Source: Choristocarpus tenellus KU-1152 (Eukaryota > Protista > Phaeophyceae). From it: DNA of 37,413 nucleotides. The stretch spans positions 1 to 37,413 of the forward strand of contig CAXNAD020000039.1 of assembly GCA_964200185.2 (NCBI GenBank), written 5' to 3'. A program made the translations under genes and the position numbers. Below are positions 1 to 9,000 of the stretch, piece after piece (within the stretch, counting starts at the first letter, position 1; each line of letters starts with the position of its first letter). Under the pieces are notes generated by a model that was given only the letters and a program-made list of their open reading frames with translations, searched no databases and was not told where the DNA came from.

Positions 1-3000
1 GGGGGGGAGGTGTACCCTTACGACCGACCTGGCATCAAGAACAAGCATCTCCAGGTGTGGGGTGCGCGGCCAGTGTTGTTTAGTGGTTGGTCTATTGTGT
101 TACCATTTGAAAGTTACATCTGGCAGATTTGTGTGTGTTGACGATGATAACAATTCTTTTATTTCACCCTTGTGGTTCTGTTGATCTATCTAGTTTGTTG
201 TAGTTTTTGTTCTTTTGTGTGAAAGAAGAAGGCAGGTGGTGCAAGGGGTGGTGTAATGTTATTCTGTGCACCACACGGCAAGACATCAGAAGAGTGTATA
301 TGTAGAAGGGGTGTGGTGTGATAGCATGCTTCAGGCCTTGCCTTAATGGTTCTGTTATCTGATCTGCAACCCACTGTGATCCAGCATTTTCCCCTTTGAT
401 ATTCCTTCTCCCCCTCCTTCCTTTGCCCCTTTTGCTCTTTTTCCCCCTGCCATCATACATTTCATGTGACCCATCGTTTTGATGTTTACTTGAAAGATAC
501 TGACCAATGAAGGGGCAGTACCATTTGTGTTTGTAACAGGCAATGAGGAGAAGCCCAGTGACTATGATGGGATCACTATGAAATTTATTGAGGTGAGAAG
601 GGTTTTAATTGATTACACCAGGGACATACATGTATTCGTTTGATTTGTGTGTTTGAGTTTTGTGTGTTGGGCATAAATGTGCTTTTGGTGTATATATGCT
701 GTGCTTTAGGTGAGCGCTAAGTGGGGGAATAAGTGATGCATCTATCTTTGCATGAAGGAAGGGAATCGAAGGAGGGGGGGCGGAAGAGGTGTTTAGACAG
801 GAGTGGTGTTTTTTACTTCTGGGATCCCCAAATTTCATGTGGGTTTGTGCGTTCCATCTTTTGTTTTATGTAGGTATTGAACATGGGTATTGAGGTATGG
901 CAGTCCACAGCCATCAATCGACTTCAACTATTATATTGAACATGGGCTATAGCGCTTTGTGTGCTGATGCTATGATTCTTGTTAAATTTTGGGACTTGTC
1001 TATTCGTAGAGGCCTACACACAGCTTACCCCCCTCTCCCTCAAATGCACACTGATGGCAGTCCACAACCATCAATCGATTTCAACTGTATTATTGAATAT
1101 GAGCTGTGGCGCTTTGTGTGCTGATGCTTTGATTCTTGTTATATTTTGCGACTTTTCTATTCATAAAGGCCTACACACAGCTTACCCCCCCCTCCCTCAA
1201 ATGCACACTGCAAGGAGCTTAGGGTCTGGTTCAAGTTGGTGTTACAATACCATGTTTGGTTTGTTGTTGGTTTGTGGCAAAGAGTGATTGTACAGTGTTG
1301 TAGTAGGATGCTTAGTGCTGCTTTGCTTCCACACTGCTTGTACAGTACATTTCATGAGTTTGACTACGTTGGTTCAGAGCCTTAGCATGCCCTACGTGTC
1401 AATTTGGACAACCTGTGACGTGGTTGTAATGCAGGGGGGTGCAATCCCATTCTGTGGCTATGGTAGTGGGAGCGGAGGCTCTGGGCGGGTTTGGTAGTGA
1501 GTGTCAAATACCTTTGCTCCTCCCTTCAAAACCATTAACTTTTTATTTTCGAGTGAATGCTGAAAAAGGAGTCGAGAATTTGAATTTGAATTTTGAAGGG
1601 TTTCATAGTCATAATAATGCATTTTTCCCCTCTCATTCAGTGTGATGGCTCTAGAGCATATTCTTGTATTACAGTTGACTTGCTTGGCTTTGGTAGTGGA
1701 ACTGACTTACTAGGTGTATTATTACTGTTGGAGGTGAATGAAGTGCTACAAGATGCCAAAATCACTAGTTCATGATAGTGTCATGATATTCTCGCGTGCA
1801 CCCTTTCTAGCTTACACTGCTTTGTATCACTTTGTAAATGACAGACTCTTTCAGAGATGTTGGACTTCACATACACCATACATCCCCTTGGGGCTGACAT
1901 CCCGACCAATGATGGCATTGGTATGGTAGCCAACGGAAGCTTTGACATGCTGGCTAGTTGGATCACCATCACTGAGGAGCGCAGTTCGTATGTGTCTTTC
2001 ACCTACCCTTTCTTTGACGTAGGTGTTCGATTTGTCTACCTGAAGAACACAGTCACCAAGGTGTGCATGGTATTTAGGGGAGGTTACGCCTCACCACATA
2101 TTGAGCAAACCCTAACCCCTATCTCCACATGTAGTTGATTAATGTGCATTGGAAACAAACACACTACTATATTTTACTTTTGTTTCAGGTGGTGTATACA
2201 ATAACAAGTACTCAGTACACAGTAAGAACTCATAGTACTTCTAAGTAAGAGTTTCAAACATGCTACTACTACTGCATGCAGCACACCATGTGCTATCCAT
2301 CTTTGATTCTGTTACGCCAATATATATATATATATATATGTTTGTGTGAATTGTTTGCTCGAAAGCTAGGAGATACACTGAAATGGGGTAGGGGGGATGC
2401 AGAAGTTGTGTTTGACATCCACCATGCCCTTTTTTTCTTATCTCTATGTTGGATTTTTCTTATTTGGATTTTGTATGTGACTGAGCCAAATCGATTGAGA
2501 GGTAGGTAAGGTTTGAACCCTTTTGCATTCAGAGTCATTGTTCTTACCCTGTGCAGTACACTCTATCTCTATTGCTTTATGTGCGCAATAGTGTACACAA
2601 ATTGATATTCCCCCGTTGCACACTCAGAGTGACGCCACAATCCAGCAAAGGCTCTTCCTGCAATTGTACAAAAAGGCATATTTTTGTCCATTCTTGGAAT
2701 AAAAAAAAATGCAACTACTCAACCTCTCAATTGATTTGACTCTGACCATGTACTTGTAACTGACATTTCTGTATCTTTGTCTGTCTGTGTAGAGCTGTAT
2801 ATTGTTTGTGCGTCGTGGAGACTAGAGATGTTAATAGATGGATAATGATGGGCTTAATATATTTCTCTGGAGTATTATTATTGTTGTAGTATTCAGCTGT
2901 TTATTCCTCGGCAAACCTATTATTATTGTTATCATTATTGGTATAGATATTACTGTTGTTAATGTTATTATATTCATTATTGCTAGTGTTATATTTATTC

Positions 3001-6000
3001 ATCACAGTCCAGATGTCCGTGTGATAGATCATACAGAATCTATTCTCGTCTCTTGAAAAAGTGCCCTGGGAGGGGAGGAGAAGGGAGGGGACGGGGGAGG
3101 GGGGCGTTTTGTGGATTTGAAAAGCCGTATGACCTGGGTTTTTTTTTAAGCTTCTCTGGAGAGAGCTGCTTCGAAGTATGAGAAAATTCAGTGTTTTGTT
3201 ACAGTTTTAATAACCCTAACCCTAGCTTTGCTGGGCTGCTGATAAATATTCTCTCACCCTTTTTTTATTGTTCAAACCAGTTGAACCTGTTTAAGGCGTT
3301 CACACCTTTTCAGGTTGACCTGTGGCTGGCCATTGGAGGCTGCCTCCTGATTACTGTGTTTCTGATGTGGGTGTTTGAAGGCGCTAAGAATGACCAGCTT
3401 ACTACTCAAACCTGGGGGTCTGGTCGACGAGCTTTTGGAAGTGTGAGCACCTTTTAATTTTTATTGTTTTTCCCATCAAGTCATTGGCACAAGAATCGCA
3501 CACCAAGTGGATCTTCATTTTTCACTAGTAGGTACTGGGAGGTAAATTATGAGCAGTGTAGCAGTAGTGTAGCACTTCTTCTTGTCATCTGTCTCTAGAA
3601 TAGTATTGTTGGCACAAAAACTAGAATTATCATTGACCATATTTTTGTTACCAGCACTCTCCAGGTAAAATGACAACATCAGTATAGTACAAGTACAGCA
3701 TCTAGTAAACACATTCAACAAACCACAATGCTGTGAGTCGAAGGTTAAAATGACCCAAGCGTTTTTTAGTAACTCAATTATATTTGAAAGGTACACACTG
3801 TGCATGTCTTGAAGCACGCAGATCCCCAACCTCTGCAAGTCGAGTGTGCATTCGTCCGAAGAATAATCCAGTGTAAAACTTTCTATTTTCGGTTTTCGAT
3901 TAGTTGAAATCAGTTCATATTGTAGAGCAATTGAATCACAATGATCCACAATATTATTTCATGCGGTAGAAGCACATTCCAGTGCAATTATGGTACATAC
4001 AGCCCATTATAGTAGTGTGCCTACTTTGAGTAGTATTTTTTTTTTTACTGTACCTCTAGGATCTCTCTCCCAAGATACCCTCCCTTCCCCCCCCAACTAC
4101 CTAGTCAAGCCCTTGCACAACCCCCCTCCTCCTACACTGCCAAACGCCTTTGCAATAATGACACTATCAGTGCATAGTATGTACCTTTGCGACTTTCTGC
4201 TGCCTTCTGTATCTGGTCTGTATCCCATTGCCGACTTGGTCTGTCCCTACTTCGTTTGCCCCTCCTTCACTTGCTGTATTGGGGAGTCCTTTCTGTGACA
4301 GTCATCGCCTGGTACACTTTTCCCCCTCCCATGCCATTGGTTGGTTTTGAGTCCAAGTAACCAGGGGGGGGGGGTGTATGTGTTTTGACTGTTTTGACTG
4401 TTTTGGGTTTGAAGGGATTTTCGAACCTGATTTTATAGAAAGTTGACATTTGAAAAGAGGTGTCAACAAGGATAACTTGCTTAAAGTGCAAACTGAATGT
4501 ACTAGTGAAAAAGCTAAAATGTGTTCTACAGCTGTGGACTGTGTGCTCCGAACCTTTGTGCCACCAGATAGTCAGTGACTCTCAGTTACTTTTGCTCTTT
4601 CTCTTTAGGGCATGATTCGCTCGGTATATGTTATATCTTCCCTCATGCTTGGTCAGCTGATACACAAGCCAGAGACGTTGGAGGGTTATATTCTAACACT
4701 GGGGTGGCTTTTTGCGGTCTTCTTACTCTCTGCGTCTTTCACAGCTGAGTTGGCCAGCTTTCTCACTGTGAATAAGATGTTTGTGCCGGTAAGAAGAGTG
4801 AGATTGCGATTATTCTTGTATTACTTTGGGAAGTTTTCTTGTTGACTTTTCTTGATCTTGTTCCACTTATCCTTCCTTCGTTGTGTGTGTGAGTGTGTAT
4901 GTGTGTATGAGAGTGTGTTTCGAACCTGAATGAGTGCCTTCCCATCTTTGTGAAACACCCACATTTGTTTCCACGACATGGTTTACTGTCTTTGGGTGTT
5001 TAGTGGTTGCTCCTCCTCCCTACCCCCCTCCTATATACTCCGGAGTATATATATATATATATTGGGCATGCGGTGAAGGAAAGAGATGGGTGCTGAGTAT
5101 GTGTCAAGAGAGTTCAAGCCTTATTGGTGTTGCGTTCTGTGATCAGTTTTCGTGTTTGTTAATCTCCCTTACTGAAAACTAATTTTTGTTTCTCCTTTAC
5201 AACAGTGTGCTAGCCGTAAAACTCGTTCCCGAAATTAAGTCTTGTTTCAATTCTAGTTTACTAGAACATAAATGTGTTTTCTATATTTGCAGGCTTAATC
5301 TCAATCTTCCGACTAAACTGTTCTACTCCCTCCCCCCCCGATCTTTTCATGCAATCCTGCTGACTCTCACATGGTCACCTTTTGTTATTTGTCTCCTCCA
5401 CAGACAATCACTATCAACTCCTTTCGATCCGGGGAGGTACCACACAGTAAGGTACTATATAATGGTATATTTCAGAGGATATGTTAATGTGTGTGTGTGT
5501 GTGTTCATATGGATGTATACATGTATACCTCTCCAGTCGATTTTTATGTGTCCACCTTTTCTATCAGCCCTCCCCCCTACACAGTCAAGCTGAAAAAATA
5601 TGCCCAGCAGTAGTAGGATATATGCTTTGTTTGCAATTCTGAGTGGAAAATGCCACCCAACATAGTACAATCATTGCAGTAGTCCTTATCCCTTCTCTCC
5701 CATGACCTTATATCTTGGTTGTGACTACTCTGAGTCTGTGGTAGCAGTTAGACACTGAAGCGCGATAAAGTACCCCAAAAAGTATATTGATATGTTAGTT
5801 TCGGAACATGTACTCCCCTCCAAAGGTGGCACTCAAGCAGGGAGGTAATTTGCAGACCTTTTATGAGAGGGAGGTCATTAATTGTTCTGGGGAGGCATGC
5901 TTAGACAGAGGTGAGATGTGATGAGATGTGGAGAAGGTGAAGAAGAGGGTGGTGATGAAGGCTGGCAAGATGTCGAACATGTATGATATATGAAAGCCTG

Positions 6001-9000
6001 CTTAGGTATGACAAGATTTCACATACAATCACTAAATTGCTTTTGAAGGTGTTGAAAAAAACATTATTGAAGGAGTATGAGAATGCATGGACACTAGCTA
6101 GTGGCAGGCACCCTTTAGGTATAATCTGCATCTGTGCATGTGTACAGAGATACATAAGAGGAATGCCCGATAAATAGTGAACGTAACTTAGAATGAATGA
6201 GATGGGATATAGGGGTAAGGACCGGGATGTAGGAAATGTAGTTAATCATAGTATTCGTTTTCACATTTTAAATCACTTTATGAAGTATGCCACTTTGGTA
6301 GGTTTTTGTTATTTTTGATGTTTAATGCTCTCTTGTGGATAGGGTTGACTAAGGCCCAACTTGTAGCTCAGTGGTAGTCTACCGACTATTGTCAAAGGAA
6401 ATGTGGGCTCAACTCGATCGACATCAGAATTGGTTAGCAGGGAAATTTTACTTTGATGGACAGGGTGGCAAGCACAACCGAATGGTACACCAGGACACTA
6501 CTCTTTGTAGCTGAACCTCCTCAATACAGAACGTGGGAAACTTGAATCATCTATCCATGGGTCAGGGTTAGGTAGGGCTGAGCTAGGTTCCTACTCCAAG
6601 GCTATAGGGAAGGCAACATAGATTTATTGTAATGCTCTTCTTGTAGGTTTCTGCGGCAAAATTAGCAGGGCATTCCTCTTGGTGACAGTCTTCTAGCCTT
6701 CGAGTTAGGTACCGCATCTAGGTCTTGTTGAAATATAGGCTACTCATCTTTTGTGTTATTGATATTATACGGTATAACCAGTTCATACTGACTGTTGATT
6801 CACACATAAGTGCTGGTTGTTACTCTACTTTACATCATTGATGATACTACATCCTAGGATCATGGATTACCGTTGCAATTCCGTGGTTCATAGCAAGTAT
6901 GAAAGAGTCAACATCTCTCAAACATGCAAGTATAGTGACAGGTTGGTGAGGCTCATAACCTGTTGAAACCTGGGATTGAATTAATCGTGCTCTCTTGTGC
7001 AGTGACAGGTTGGTTGTGGTGAAGGGGTGTCATAGTGCGGTGAAGCACTGGTGACTTTGTGCCGGTGAACCTCTGACATGCTTTGCAAAGTGAGAGGTTA
7101 TTTGGTACAGCGATGTTGGGTATTCCTTGGTACATTCAAAGGAAGAGATTCTTGCTCTATCTAGAACCTTATTACCTTGTGAAGAAGGGTTTTGTGGATG
7201 TTTTTAACTCTGAATATGTGGCATCCAGTTGCGTATCAGGTACACTTAGTGCAGAGTGAGTTCGGTGTTTGAGTGGGAGCAAGGCCAACCAAAGTAAAAA
7301 GAATAATTGTATAAGATACAACTAGTGGTTCTGATGTGAAGACAAAAAAGAAAGGCATAAACTTTAATCAATATCTTAGACAACTCATGTGGCACATACT
7401 ATACTTGTATGTTTGAGAGATGTTGACTGGTTCGTACTTGCTACGAACCACAGAATGGCAACGGTAATCCATTATCCTATGATATAGTGTCAATGATGTC
7501 AAGTTGAGTAACGACCATTAATTATGTGCGAATCAACAGTCAGTATGAACCGCTAATACTGTGTAGTATCAATAACACAAAATATGAGTAGCCTACGTTT
7601 CAACACCCTCCCCCAACTGAAAGAGATGGAATGCTGGTGAAGGAGTGTGATTTACGACCGCTTTTAAACCCTTGATCTGAATTCTCCATTGTTGCCAATG
7701 CGAATTCTGTGATCCTGTGGCGGTGTGGTTGGCTCAGGCAAGGGTGGTTAAGAGAATCGCTGGGGAAAACAGACCATAGGGATAAAGATAAAATGAAGCC
7801 AAGAGGAAAAGATCAAGATTGTGTAAGTGCAAGTGAAGAGTGACAGGTGGTGAACATCATGATTCAGCGAGGAGAGTTCTCAAAGGATCCCACAGAGATT
7901 GATTGTGAACCATTGTACTTCAACGGGGTTGTTGCCAGGGTTCTTGGAAAAAACATGGAACGTTATCATGGTATGTTGTACGGCAATAAAAATTACGATA
8001 ACAGACAACTCAAAACCGTAACATGTAATGTTGCCTCTTTTGTATGAAAGTAATGTTGTGGTTTTTTGAACAAGTGTTGAGAAGGGCAGCACGATTGTTT
8101 TCTAGTGGCCACACCCTCAAGGACTGTGTGCAGGTGGTGACCCTAGAGATATGTGTCGCGTCTCACCTCCACAATGCTCCTCACCTCCCCTCTTCATTTT
8201 TTTATTGCATCTCTTGTTTTCTTATGCAGACGATACACCCCAGCCTTGCTTCTCGGTTGAGGAGTGCTTGGGAAAGGTGAGAACTGTTGATCCTCAAAAC
8301 TGTTTGTGTGTTGTTGGCCACCCCCTTCCTCGAACCTTTTGCATTACCCAACAAATAGTTCACATGGGATCTACCTACCTCTGTCACTGATAGTAGATCC
8401 CTGGTAATGCTTTCTTCACCTCTCATCCACATGCATGCTAACCTGGTCATACACTGTTTCTCCTTGGAAAAGGTAATGAATGGTGAGGTCCTCACCACTT
8501 TGATGGACTCTGCGACAGCAGAGTACCTGACACTCACAGAGTACTGCCAACTTGGGGTGTTGGATGGACTTCTGAACCCGCAACACTATGGATTGGTGCT
8601 TCCGCTGGACTCACCCCTGGTACCAGAATTCATGATGGTATGTCTGCATGCATTACTAGTATTCCACTGTTTTTGTTCTAGTGTTTGGAAAAGGTGACAA
8701 ATATGCTGCTCATGGGGGCAAGTTGATGCTGCACAGTAGCAGCACATAGAACACTGCAGAACAGCTCAGAGCTGTTGTTCGAAAGTGTTAATAGTATTGT
8801 GTGGTGTGTTGAAACTACTTTTGAGGGCATCAGATGTGGGGTGAGTCCTTGTTTCAACTGGTACTTTCCTCCTTTTATGTCTTGCCGTCTGGCTTGTATT
8901 TCTGGACTCCGTTCTGTTTCTTTCCCACCCCTATCCTAATGTTTTTCCCTCGTGAAACCAAGGCAGTGTGTTCGTTGAGTTATTCTGAAATATCAGTTCT

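Noticed and set aside
3515-3949. 144-aa minus-strand ORF in a GLR intron
   Set aside because: Non-ATG start and no recognisable motif; cannot be supported as a gene, though a TE relic is not excluded.
6360-6430. Functional tRNA gene
   Set aside because: The B box is degenerate and no acceptor or anticodon stems can be formed; treated as a possible SINE head.
6726-7605. Mutator/Pack-MULE with 210-bp TIRs
   Set aside because: No 8-10-bp TSD, the ends are TG...CA, and one arm abuts a polypurine tract, which favours LTR origin; not fully excluded.
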